This document shows, in pieces, positions 9,114-17,082 of a stretch of DNA of 64,000 nt; the stretch's first letter is position 1; every line of letters begins with the position of its first letter. Position numbers and translations under genes: made by a program. A model generated the notes under the pieces. The model was given only the letters and a program-made list of their open reading frames with translations. It did no database searches and had not been told where the DNA came from. Origin of the DNA: an uncultured Bacteroidales bacterium (GTDB taxonomy: Bacteria > Bacteroidota > Bacteroidia > Bacteroidales > Paludibacteraceae); contig CACYKR010000012.1 in NCBI GenBank assembly GCA_902774995.1, positions 121-64,120 on the forward strand. Direction: 5' to 3'.

Positions 9114-10694
9114 TTATAAAGTAGCAATTTTTGCCTCAAACTCCTCTCTGTTCCCTTGGTAGAGGTTGCGCATGCGTGTGCGTGAGTTATATATGGTAGA
9201 GAGCGAATAACGGAGGAAATCCGCTATCTGACGGCTGTCGGTGATCCCCAGACGAATGAGAGCCAGGACACGCAAGTCCGTGTTGAGCCGTTCGCCATCT
9301 TTGATACGCAACTCGTTGCCGGGTTGCAGCAATGCCTGCACATCGGAGATGAAATGGGGGAAGAGTTGCAGGAAAGCCTCGTCAAAATCATGATAGAAAG
9401 CGTCCAACTGCTCTTGCGTGAAACGCTGGGAACTGAGTATAGACGTAATTTTGTCATACTGACCGTCATGCGCAAGCGTTTTGAGATTCTTTCTCCATGC
9501 GTCAAAACGGTCAATAAGCAATGAAGCTGTCTCCATATACCGGCCGATATACATGGTATTGATTTGGTTGCTCAGCCGCAGTTTATCGTTACTTGCCTCC
9601 AATCGGGCGTTCAGCGATGCCAGTTTCCTCCGCTGGGTATTGAAATACAGGGCAATGCCTATCAGCAGCAGGACAATCACCAGAATACTCGCCAACAACG
9701 CTATCAGGGTTATCTGGCGGCGATGCACCTGCTTCCGGTAGGCACTCTCTATGACCGGATAAGTGATACCTGTCTCTATAGACCGCACCCGTTCGCTGCC
9801 GGCCGTAGCGTCCTCTATCGCGCATTGCATATAGCGGTAAGCACGGTCCACATCGCCCTCGCGATAAAGCAGTATAGCCAATTCCCTCAGGGATATGTAT
9901 TCCCGTATGGAATTACGCAGATCCGCCAAGGACGAGACAGCCAGGTATTTCTTCTCCTGCTCCCTATCCCCCAAGGCGCGGTAAATCTGCGCGCGGGTGA
10001 CTGCAAAAACGGCCTCTTCGTCCTGACCGGAAACGAGGTGGGCCCCGGCATAACGGTCCATTACCTGCAAGGCGCTGTCATACAGGCATTGGGCGTACAA
10101 ACCGTCGGCCCGGACCAACTCATGCAGAAACGAACCGGGCGGGTGGATCGCCATCATTGAATCCCTATACTGCCGGGTCAGCAGCGCGTATTTCTCCCGC
10201 TCCGGCTGCGCTACCGAGAAATCCTCCATCAGCCCGTACATGGTACGTCTGAGATGGAAATAATAGGGTTTCAGCGCTTCATCTATGGGCGTTCTGCCGG
10301 CAGAGTCGAGATAGAGAATAGCCTCATGATACATTGCGTTGCGCATCATTACCTCCCCGTAATTGAGCAAGGCGGCCTGGTTCTCAAACGGCGAGACGGC
10401 ACTACGTAACCGCTCCCGGGTATAATATAACTGACTGTCCAGGTCATACGAGCGGTACGCCTCGAGCAATCTGCCGCATTTCTCAAAGTAGCCGCCTGCA
10501 AAATCCTCAGCCGGCTCGCCCCGCAGCGAATCGATCTTCAGTTCCCGCTCCTGACGGTATTCCTGCCGGTGCGCGATACACTCGTCCAGCTCATGAAACA
10601 GGGCTTCGTTACCTACGGAGCGATGTCTGCATGACCCCAACAGCGTCACCGCCGCACCGGCACATACCAGCAATATGACGTATTTGTTGCGCAA
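9114..10694 (-). CDS. SusR-like PUL regulator (periplasmic TPR-like sensor, one TM helix, C-terminal HTH)
   Basis: 526 aa with a TTG start. Features are a lipoprotein-like signal (LLGSC), a helical-repeat region, a TM segment (ITLIALLASILVIVLLLIGIALYF) and a C-terminal helix-turn-helix-like tail (LALIRLGITDSRQIADFLRYSLSTIYNSRTRMR). Size and layout match SusR as I recall it. Confidence 0.6.
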   Translation of the reverse strand: MRNKYVILLVCAGAAVTLLGSCRHRSVGNEALFHELDECIAHRQEYRQERELKIDSLRGEPAEDFAGGYFEKCGRLLEAYRSYDLDSQLYYTRERLRSAVSPFENQAALLNYGEVMMRNAMYHEAILYLDSAGRTPIDEALKPYYFHLRRTMYGLMEDFSVAQPEREKYALLTRQYRDSMMAIHPPGSFLHELVRADGLYAQCLYDSALQVMDRYAGAHLVSGQDEEAVFAVTRAQIYRALGDREQEKKYLAVSSLADLRNSIREYISLRELAILLYREGDVDRAYRYMQCAIEDATAGSERVRSIETGITYPVIESAYRKQVHRRQITLIALLASILVIVLLLIGIALYFNTQRRKLASLNARLEASNDKLRLSNQINTMYIGRYMETASLLIDRFDAWRKNLKTLAHDGQYDKITSILSSQRFTQEQLDAFYHDFDEAFLQLFPHFISDVQALLQPGNELRIKDGERLNTDLRVLALIRLGITDSRQIADFLRYSLSTIYNSRTRMRNLYQGNREEFEAKIATL

Positions 10695-10697
10695 GAT

Positions 10698-12632
10698 TTA
10701 CTTCCTTTGTCCGGTTACATGGTACTCCACTCCGTTGCGGAGGATATAGAGCCTGCCGTCACGGAGAATCTTGGTGGCAGGAGTGACAGACTGCGTAGTA
10801 CGGATACCTTCTTGTTTCGGTTCGAAAGCCTGACCCTCTATCTTCAGGTTGTAGAGACAGATATATTTGCCGCTTCCGCTGGTGTGCTCATGCCACGGCA
10901 GGACACGTACGTGGAGTGTCTCTCCGGCAGGAATAGTCAGCATCGGCGTCAGGGCTACCGCATTGAGCGGGTTGCCGTAACCGATAAACTCTTTGGTCGT
11001 CTTGTCGTACGAAGCTGCCACATTGGTCAACGCGCTGGTAGCTGCTTCATAGATGGTCTTCACATCCGTAAACTCATCGCCGAAACCGGTGTTGATGTGG
11101 CATTTCATGGCCGAGGTGGAGTAAGCGCCTATCTCATAGGAAATACCTGTGATACGCACCTCCATCGTAGCAGGAGCGGTCACCGCGAAATCGAGGTAAC
11201 GTGTCGGGTTCTCGTCAATCTCCTCGGTGGGCCAGTTGGCTTTCTGTCCTTCGTCGTTTGCGTTGTGCCAACGTACGATGGTAATCACGTTGCCTTCGGA
11301 GTCTTTCACGTCGTTCTTCGTGTCAGCGGCTACCATATGGTTCATACTCAGCGAAACGCTGATCGGTCCTTCTACGGTTGCCTCGCCGGGGTTCGTCTTG
11401 TCTGTGAGCGGCCATGTCGCACTGACCGCACTGCCGCCTGCCAGCGAGATAACGCTCGCTGTCACGGGTACGCACAGGTGTGCGTCGCCCGACTCAATCA
11501 CTATCGAGTCGTTCTGCGCGCCCTCGTTCTCATACATGGCGCGGACATAAATCTTCTGGAACAAGGTGCTGCCTGTATAGCTGACTTCCAGCGTCTTGCC
11601 GTATGTCTCTTTGTCTGTCGAGATAGTCAGCGCGCCGGTGGCGTGCAGCGATACACTGCCGCTCTCGGGCTCCAGACCGAAACCGGTCAATAGGAACTCC
11701 TTGTTCTGCGCAATGCCGCTGTACGTCTCGCCGATGGCGATTGACGACGGGTTGGCGCTGACGGAGGTCGGGATAGAGATGTATTCGGCTAAGATGTTCG
11801 AGTCTTTCATCATCTGGGCGGCACGACGGGCTATCAGGTTTGCGCCCATCGCGTTGGTGTGGGTCTGGTCCTTCTGCCCGGGAGCTTTGTCCACGAACAT
11901 CAGGCTCAGACACTGGCTCTCGCCGTACGACAGGTATAACTCACGTGTCGCTTCTGTCATGTTCAAGAACGGCACGCCTTTCTCTTTGGCTACGATGCGC
12001 ATCGCCTCTACATAACTCATCGACAGGTCGTCTGCCGGAACGCTCTGGTCTTTCAGCAACTCGCCGCCTTCCAGTTTCCAGAACTTGTCGCCCAGGTCGT
12101 GCTGACCGTTGCGTTTGATGGTGTTTCCCTGGAAATAGGCACGGCAGATAGGTGCCATCAGTATGGGTTTGACGCCCAGTTCTTTCGCTTCGTCGATGAA
12201 GTGACGGAGCATATCGCGATAGGTGGTCTGCGGGTTGGTTCCGCGGTCATCCGTCGGAGCGGCCATCCCTTTTTCTTTGTAATATGCGGCTAACTCCAGG
12301 TTGTCCGTACCATAAGTAACGGTGCCTTCGTCATTGTGGGCGAACTGGATTATCAGGTAGTCGCCTGCGCTCATCTGGCTTTTCACCGATTGCCAGTATG
12401 CTGCATCCGTGTAGAAACGGCGGGTGTCCGAACCTGATTTGCCGCGGTTGTTGACGGTTACATACTGCGAGTCAAAAAACGACCCTAAATACGTAGCCCA
12501 GCCGCGCTTGTCGGTGGTGCTCTCGTCGTAACTCTCCATCGTGCTGTCACCGATAGTGTGTACTTTCACTGCTCCGTTAGCCATCGGCATACATAGAGCG
12601 ATAGCCAAAAAGAAAGAAAAGATTTTTTTCAT
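10698..12632 (-). CDS. Secreted SGNH/GDSL hydrolase, rhamnogalacturonan acetylesterase-like (CE12), with extra C-terminal domains and a short C-terminal tail motif
   Basis: 644 aa with a signal peptide. SGNH blocks are present: HTIGDSTM, FAHNDEG and DQTHTNAMGA. It ends in KILRDGRLYILRNGVEYHVTGQRK. Confidence 0.7.
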   Translation of the reverse strand: MKKIFSFFLAIALCMPMANGAVKVHTIGDSTMESYDESTTDKRGWATYLGSFFDSQYVTVNNRGKSGSDTRRFYTDAAYWQSVKSQMSAGDYLIIQFAHNDEGTVTYGTDNLELAAYYKEKGMAAPTDDRGTNPQTTYRDMLRHFIDEAKELGVKPILMAPICRAYFQGNTIKRNGQHDLGDKFWKLEGGELLKDQSVPADDLSMSYVEAMRIVAKEKGVPFLNMTEATRELYLSYGESQCLSLMFVDKAPGQKDQTHTNAMGANLIARRAAQMMKDSNILAEYISIPTSVSANPSSIAIGETYSGIAQNKEFLLTGFGLEPESGSVSLHATGALTISTDKETYGKTLEVSYTGSTLFQKIYVRAMYENEGAQNDSIVIESGDAHLCVPVTASVISLAGGSAVSATWPLTDKTNPGEATVEGPISVSLSMNHMVAADTKNDVKDSEGNVITIVRWHNANDEGQKANWPTEEIDENPTRYLDFAVTAPATMEVRITGISYEIGAYSTSAMKCHINTGFGDEFTDVKTIYEAATSALTNVAASYDKTTKEFIGYGNPLNAVALTPMLTIPAGETLHVRVLPWHEHTSGSGKYICLYNLKIEGQAFEPKQEGIRTTQSVTPATKILRDGRLYILRNGVEYHVTGQRK

Positions 12633-12658
12633 GGTAGATAAATGTTAATGTATTTATT

Positions 12659-13132
12659 TTAATGCCAGAACGAGGAGGTGATATCTTCCCATGAGGAGCC
12701 TATCCTCTTGTATAGCCGCTGGTTGGTTTTCTCGCTCTTGAGACCTCCCAGCTCCTCGCGGTAGGGACCTATCTTGACGTAATCGAACGGACCGTCCGCT
12801 GCCGGCATCTTCATCCGCCCCGAGTACCAGGCTGCCTTGAGCGGCGGTTGTTGATTGCTGATTGCCGATTGCTGATTAACCGCGTGCGCCGCAAGGCGTG
12901 CCACTTCTTCGGGTGCCTGGTCGCCTCCCATGAAAGCGACACAGGTGATAAGGCCTTTGTACGTACCGGTGAGGCTGTCGAGAAGTGCCTCGTCCAGCTC
13001 CTCGCCGGTGTCCTCCCATAGATGGGGGCTGTGACAGCCCTTGCAATGACAAGGACATCCGGAGAGGTTCAGCGCCAGCGTCACCTCTCCGGGAATCTCT
13101 TGAAAAACAATGTCGTACGAAGCTACCTTCAT
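12659..13132 (-). CDS. nrdG: Anaerobic ribonucleoside-triphosphate reductase activating protein (radical SAM)
   Basis: The start was set at the ATG at 13132 (MKVASYDIVFQEIPGEV...), which overlaps the nrdD stop (ATGA). It has a Cys cluster (SGCPCHCKGCHSP) and lies directly downstream of nrdD. Confidence 0.85.
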   Translation of the reverse strand: MKVASYDIVFQEIPGEVTLALNLSGCPCHCKGCHSPHLWEDTGEELDEALLDSLTGTYKGLITCVAFMGGDQAPEEVARLAAHAVNQQSAISNQQPPLKAAWYSGRMKMPAADGPFDYVKIGPYREELGGLKSEKTNQRLYKRIGSSWEDITSSFWH

Positions 13133-15231
13133 CAGCACTGCGGAGCTTTCTGCTTCTCTGCGTAGTAGCGCTGAGCCGCCTCTTTCTGGCGTGCCTCGGA
13201 GAAATTGGAAACCCGTTTCATATATCCGATGACGCGCGTGAGGTAGTCCACATTCTTGGAATGGCAATGCGGGCACTCCTTGAGATAGCGTTTGTCAATA
13301 TGTCCGCAGTCGTTACAGATGGTGTTCGGGATATTGAAGGTGAAGTAGTTACAGCCCTCCACAGCCGCTACCCGCAGAAGCTGGCGGTACTGCTCCTGGC
13401 TCAGGTGCTCCTCGAGGTTGCAGTGGAGCGCGGAGCCGCCGGTGAGGTGCTCGATATACTTGCGTCCGTGCAGACGGAAGCGATCCAGCACGTTGAGGCT
13501 CGTGTCCTCAACGATATAGAAATAGCTGTTATAGCAATCACGCGGTACTACATAGCCGTCCTCACGGTCCCATTTGGCGTGTTTCACGCCTACGTTCTCC
13601 GCCGGGATCATCTCGCAGTTGAACATGACGTCTTTGGTGCGGTACTCTTTGTTCTTCTTTTCGATGATACCTAACAGTTCCTGAACGAAATGGGCGTACT
13701 CCGGCGTGTCTTTGATTTCCAGACCAAGGAACTCAGCCGCCTCTACCAGACCGTTCACGCCGATGGTGAGGTACTGGCGTCCGATGTTGATATATCCGGC
13801 GTCGAAGAGCGGGAGCATGCCTTTCTCCTGCAGGTTCTTGAGGTTCTCGTTATAGGCGAGCTGAACCTTGTGCATGAGGTCCACGATATCCTCTACATAT
13901 GCCTGGTACGGGATATTGTTGCGTACGGCGTACTGGATAGCGCGGTTGAGGTTGATAGTCAGCACGGATTTGGAACCCGTAGAGATACCGCCGGCACCGA
14001 GGGTGTAGCTGAAGCTGTTGTCGGTAATGGCGTTACGCAGACGGCAGCAGGAAGAGAGGCTGTCGGCGTTGTCCGAGACGTAGGTGAAGAACGAGTGTCC
14101 TTTTGCGTACATCTCCGCCGTGAAGTCGGCATACTCCTTGTCCTTGATATCGCCGTCTTCCGCAAGCAGCGCCATGGTCTCTACCGGGAAGGTGAGGACG
14201 GTGCGTGTACGCTCCTCGTTGAACCAGTTCATGAAACGCTTCTGGAGCCAGTTCAGGCTGTCCCAGTGCGGTGCCTCGCCGTCCGGGAAACGGAAGTTGT
14301 CGAACAGGGACTGGAAATAATAGCGGTCGTAATAGCTGATATTCCAGAATACCGACTGGTAGTTACGGGCGCCGGAAGGCTGGTTGAGACTATAGACCAC
14401 CTGCTGGAAGAAATCGCAGATGATATTGTCTATCGTGCGGTGCTTGAGACCGAGATCCACCACCTCGTCGGCGCGTTTGTAATAGTCCTCGCCGTACTCT
14501 TTCTCGATGAAATAGTTCATATACATCAGGAACTCGGGCGTAGCGCACGCGCCGGAGAGCATCGAGGAAACCATAAAGACCATGTTGATGAACCCGCCGC
14601 AAAAAGACTTGAGGTTACGCGGAGGCGTAGCGTTGCCGCCGATGGACCGGGTGCCGCCGATGAGCCACGGGTACATGGTGATCGAAGCGCAGTAGTTGGC
14701 GAGGTTGGTCTCGTCGTTCTTGTAGATGAAATGCTGGTTGAGGAGGGACATATATTTGTCGCTGAGCTCCTTGCCGTACATCTGTTTGATACGCTCGGTC
14801 AGCAGACGGCGGTTAAGACGGATGAAGCCCTGCTTGGGCAACTCGCCGATAAGGGTAGCAATGTTCTTGTGCTCCACGTTGGCGTTGGCATCGAATTTCG
14901 AGCCCTCGGCGGCGTTGGACGCCTGCACGTAGTTCATCATGAAATCCAGACGCTGCTGCGTCTCGCGATCCTCGGTGTGGCCCTGACGATAAAGGATGAA
15001 CGCTTTCGCTACCTTGTAGTATCCCTCCGCCATCAGCGCTACCTCTACCTGGTTCTGGATCTCCTCTACGGTCTGACCGTCATGCACGCGCAGGTGCGAC
15101 AAGATTGCATTCAATGTCTCCTCGGGAGCAAAGGCTCCTACTGCCAAGAATGCCTTCGAAATGGCATTTTTGATTTTGTCGATGGCAAACAACTCTTTCT
15201 TGCCATCACGTTTGATAATGTATGTTTCCAT
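13132..15231 (-). CDS. nrdD: Anaerobic ribonucleoside-triphosphate reductase (class III)
   Basis: The start was moved to the ATG at 15231 (METYIIKRDGKKELFAIDKIKNAI, an ATP-cone). It has a C-terminal Zn-ribbon (CNDCGH...CPHCHS) and a glycyl-radical region (LTRVIGYMKRV). Length is 699 aa. Confidence 0.92.
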   Translation of the reverse strand: METYIIKRDGKKELFAIDKIKNAISKAFLAVGAFAPEETLNAILSHLRVHDGQTVEEIQNQVEVALMAEGYYKVAKAFILYRQGHTEDRETQQRLDFMMNYVQASNAAEGSKFDANANVEHKNIATLIGELPKQGFIRLNRRLLTERIKQMYGKELSDKYMSLLNQHFIYKNDETNLANYCASITMYPWLIGGTRSIGGNATPPRNLKSFCGGFINMVFMVSSMLSGACATPEFLMYMNYFIEKEYGEDYYKRADEVVDLGLKHRTIDNIICDFFQQVVYSLNQPSGARNYQSVFWNISYYDRYYFQSLFDNFRFPDGEAPHWDSLNWLQKRFMNWFNEERTRTVLTFPVETMALLAEDGDIKDKEYADFTAEMYAKGHSFFTYVSDNADSLSSCCRLRNAITDNSFSYTLGAGGISTGSKSVLTINLNRAIQYAVRNNIPYQAYVEDIVDLMHKVQLAYNENLKNLQEKGMLPLFDAGYINIGRQYLTIGVNGLVEAAEFLGLEIKDTPEYAHFVQELLGIIEKKNKEYRTKDVMFNCEMIPAENVGVKHAKWDREDGYVVPRDCYNSYFYIVEDTSLNVLDRFRLHGRKYIEHLTGGSALHCNLEEHLSQEQYRQLLRVAAVEGCNYFTFNIPNTICNDCGHIDKRYLKECPHCHSKNVDYLTRVIGYMKRVSNFSEARQKEAAQRYYAEKQKAPQC

Positions 15232-15327
15232 AATATAGTAATATATAAATATAACAAACCTTCTTGGGTGAGTCGATGAAATACCGACAATAGTGCGATA
15301 AAAACATCTACGGTTGAAAAGCGAGTG

Positions 15328-15359
15328 CAAAGGTACAACATTTTTTTTGAATGTGCAAA
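15328..15359 (-). promoter_or_regulatory. Candidate promoter for nrdDG (-33 TTTG, 20-nt spacer, -7 TACCTTTG)
   Basis: The minus strand reads TTTGcacattcaaaaaaaatgttgTACCTTTGca. The core is almost identical to the promoter at 16815..16846. Confidence 0.55.
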
Positions 15360-15400
15360 CTTTTTGGCAATTATTTTTCAAGAAAATTTCAAAAGTTTTC

Positions 15401-15447
15401 CAAAACAAAAATGCAAATGACTTATTTTTAGCCATTTGCATTTTTTG
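15401..15447 (-). terminator. Intrinsic (potentially bidirectional) terminator after the 15481..16785 gene
   Basis: ATGCAAATG-13 nt-CATTTGCAT forms a 9-bp stem flanked by A-rich and T-rich runs. It is bracketed by a 16-bp direct repeat, aaaagttttccaaaac, at 15391 and 15456. Confidence 0.55.
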
Positions 15448-15480
15448 TCAACACAAAAAGTTTTCCAAAACGAAAACCTG

Positions 15481-16785
15481 TTAATAACTTCTGTTTCCCA
15501 ATATTGAGAATTTTCTATTTCCTTGGATTATAACGACTTGACCGTTTTGCAGGACTTTTAGAACTTTATTTTCACCCGCTCTGACATTTTCAACATCTTC
15601 CTCCGAAGCGTTCGAAAAGAGAAGATGTACAGTCCGTCCGTATGAGTTCAGTGCATTCACCTCTATCGAACCGTCTTCCCTTACCGTCACCGTTCCGGTC
15701 ACCAACATCCAAAGCCGGTTAGGAAGCAACTGTCCGTTGCTTTCCGCAAGCGTGTAGGCAATAGACGGAGTAACACCTTGCGAGGTCACTCCCTCGCTGG
15801 CATTCACCGTCCCCGGGTACTTGGAAGACTCTATCGGGTACACTCCGGGCGTTAAACTTTCAGCACCCTCTATAGTCCAGAAATGGATATAGGCGCCTAA
15901 CATATTCTCCGTGTCCGTAACCTGCAGAACAACAGAACCGCTCGCTATATTACTCATATCCGGCCGGAACGAAGTGAAAGTATGGTCGAAATCTTCCGAC
16001 TGGGTGTCATACTCAAGATGCGCCTGAGTGGGATCCGGAGGGGCGGCTTGAGAACCGGAGAGGTGCCAGGTATTACCATCTTCATCCACAACGGTAGCTA
16101 CAATCGTGTAGGACTCATCTTCCGCTACTGTCTTTTTGAACTCTAACGAAGTATAGTGTATATCGGGAGCATAATAGTAATACCCTACCGACTCAAAAGA
16201 GTCGTGGAGGTCACGCTCCGTGTAAGTCACTCCCGACTCGAGATCCTTCTTTCCGTCCTGCAGTTTAAAATTAAAGACAAAGGCGAAAGGCGGGTTCTCC
16301 GTCTCCAGAGCGTATTGGACGACTCCCAAGTCAAAGTCACTTTGGGTTGTAACGGTATCCGCAACAAATGTACCTCCCTTAGGCATTTCCGGAATAGCCG
16401 CCTCGTCGTACAGCAGGATCCATTCGTCTCCGTTCTGATCCTTTGCCTGCGCGTCAATACGTACCTTGCCCGCTTCATTTTTGGAGACTTTGAAGCTCGC
16501 TGCCGTAAAAAGGGAATAGCTGTAGGTACTTTGCTCCAACCAATAGGAATACTGGTTAAGGCCTTTCCCGAGCGTATAAGTCCTGCCGAACTCCACGTCC
16601 GTGGCACCGGCAGATATGCTATCGACAACAAAGACAAACATACGGGTCATGTCATCGTTCAGCAATTGATAAGTGATATTACTGCTTCCTACGGTCACTC
16701 TATACATCGGCACATGCACCTCAGTGGCAGCAGAAACAGACAGAGCGAATAAAACGCCCGCTAAAAGAGATAACATTTTCTTCAT
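15481..16785 (-). CDS. Secreted hypothetical protein with three repeated modules and a short C-terminal tail motif
   Basis: 434 aa with a signal peptide (LFALSVSAATE). I recognise no catalytic motif. The modules end in DQNGDEWILLY, DEDGNTWHLSG and EDGSIEVNALNSYGRTVHLLF. It ends in KVLQNGQVVIIQGNRKFSILGNRSY. Confidence 0.6.
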   Translation of the reverse strand: MKKMLSLLAGVLFALSVSAATEVHVPMYRVTVGSSNITYQLLNDDMTRMFVFVVDSISAGATDVEFGRTYTLGKGLNQYSYWLEQSTYSYSLFTAASFKVSKNEAGKVRIDAQAKDQNGDEWILLYDEAAIPEMPKGGTFVADTVTTQSDFDLGVVQYALETENPPFAFVFNFKLQDGKKDLESGVTYTERDLHDSFESVGYYYYAPDIHYTSLEFKKTVAEDESYTIVATVVDEDGNTWHLSGSQAAPPDPTQAHLEYDTQSEDFDHTFTSFRPDMSNIASGSVVLQVTDTENMLGAYIHFWTIEGAESLTPGVYPIESSKYPGTVNASEGVTSQGVTPSIAYTLAESNGQLLPNRLWMLVTGTVTVREDGSIEVNALNSYGRTVHLLFSNASEEDVENVRAGENKVLKVLQNGQVVIIQGNRKFSILGNRSY

Positions 16786-16814
16786 AATTAAAACATTTTA
16801 ATCTATTTCGACTG

Positions 16815-16846
16815 CAAAGGTACAACATTTTTTTGAAATATACAAA
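16815..16846 (-). promoter_or_regulatory. Candidate promoter for the 15481..16785 gene (-33 TTTG, -7 TACCTTTG)
   Basis: The minus strand reads TTTGtatatttcaaaaaaatgttgTACCTTTGca. Confidence 0.55.
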
Positions 16847-16852
16847 TTTTTA

Positions 16853-16881
16853 GAAAAAAAGCTGCCTCCGAAGTGACAGCT
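16853..16881 (-). terminator. Intrinsic terminator on the minus strand with no annotated gene upstream of it
   Basis: The minus-strand RNA reads AGCUGUCAC-UUCG-GAGGCAGCU (9-bp stem with one mismatch and a UUCG tetraloop) followed by a U7 run. Confidence 0.55.
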
Positions 16882-16896
16882 TCCAATATTGCATCT

Positions 16897-16950
16897 GAGG
16901 TACAATGGGGCAACATTAGAGGTACAATGGGGCAACATTGGAGGTACATC
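16897..16950. repeat. 22-bp tandem direct repeat, 2.4 copies
   Basis: Direct reading: gaggtacaatggggcaacatta / gaggtacaatggggcaacattg / gaggtacatc. Confidence 0.9.
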
Positions 16951-16978
16951 AGACCAATCACGTATCCTACCATACCTT

Positions 16979-17000
16979 ATAATATACTATAGTATATTAT
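16979..17000. promoter_or_regulatory. Perfect 22-bp palindrome (candidate operator) in the divergent intergenic region
   Basis: ATAATATACTATAGTATATTAT equals its own reverse complement. It lies just upstream of the GH53 promoter. Confidence 0.5.
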
Positions 17001-17022
17001 TCCGTGATTTTGAGATTTTTTA

Positions 17023-17054
17023 TTTGCATATTCAAAAAAAAAGTTGTAACTTTG
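17023..17054 (+). promoter_or_regulatory. Candidate promoter for the GH53 gene (-33 TTTG, 20-nt spacer, -7 TAACTTTG)
   Basis: Reads TTTGcatattcaaaaaaaaagttgTAACTTTGcacg, about 30 nt upstream of the ATG at 17083. Confidence 0.55.
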
Positions 17055-17082
17055 CACGCAAATACAAAATCTCAAATCTCAA

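Noticed and set aside
13690-15279. 529-aa ORF antisense to nrdD
   Set aside because: It lies entirely inside the well-supported nrdD gene on the opposite strand and has a low-complexity Val/Leu/Arg/Glu-rich translation. It is a shadow ORF.
15232-15327. Riboswitch or NrdR box in the nrdD leader
   Set aside because: I could not find the conserved B12 box or an NrdR-box-like palindrome. The leader is short (about 90 nt) and AT-rich, with no obvious multi-stem structure.
17006-17081. Inverted repeat bracketing the GH53 promoter as an invertible (phase-variable) promoter
   Set aside because: The arms are only about 14 nt, imperfect and separated by about 46 bp, far shorter than known Bacteroides invertible promoter segments. 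No recombinase gene is nearby.
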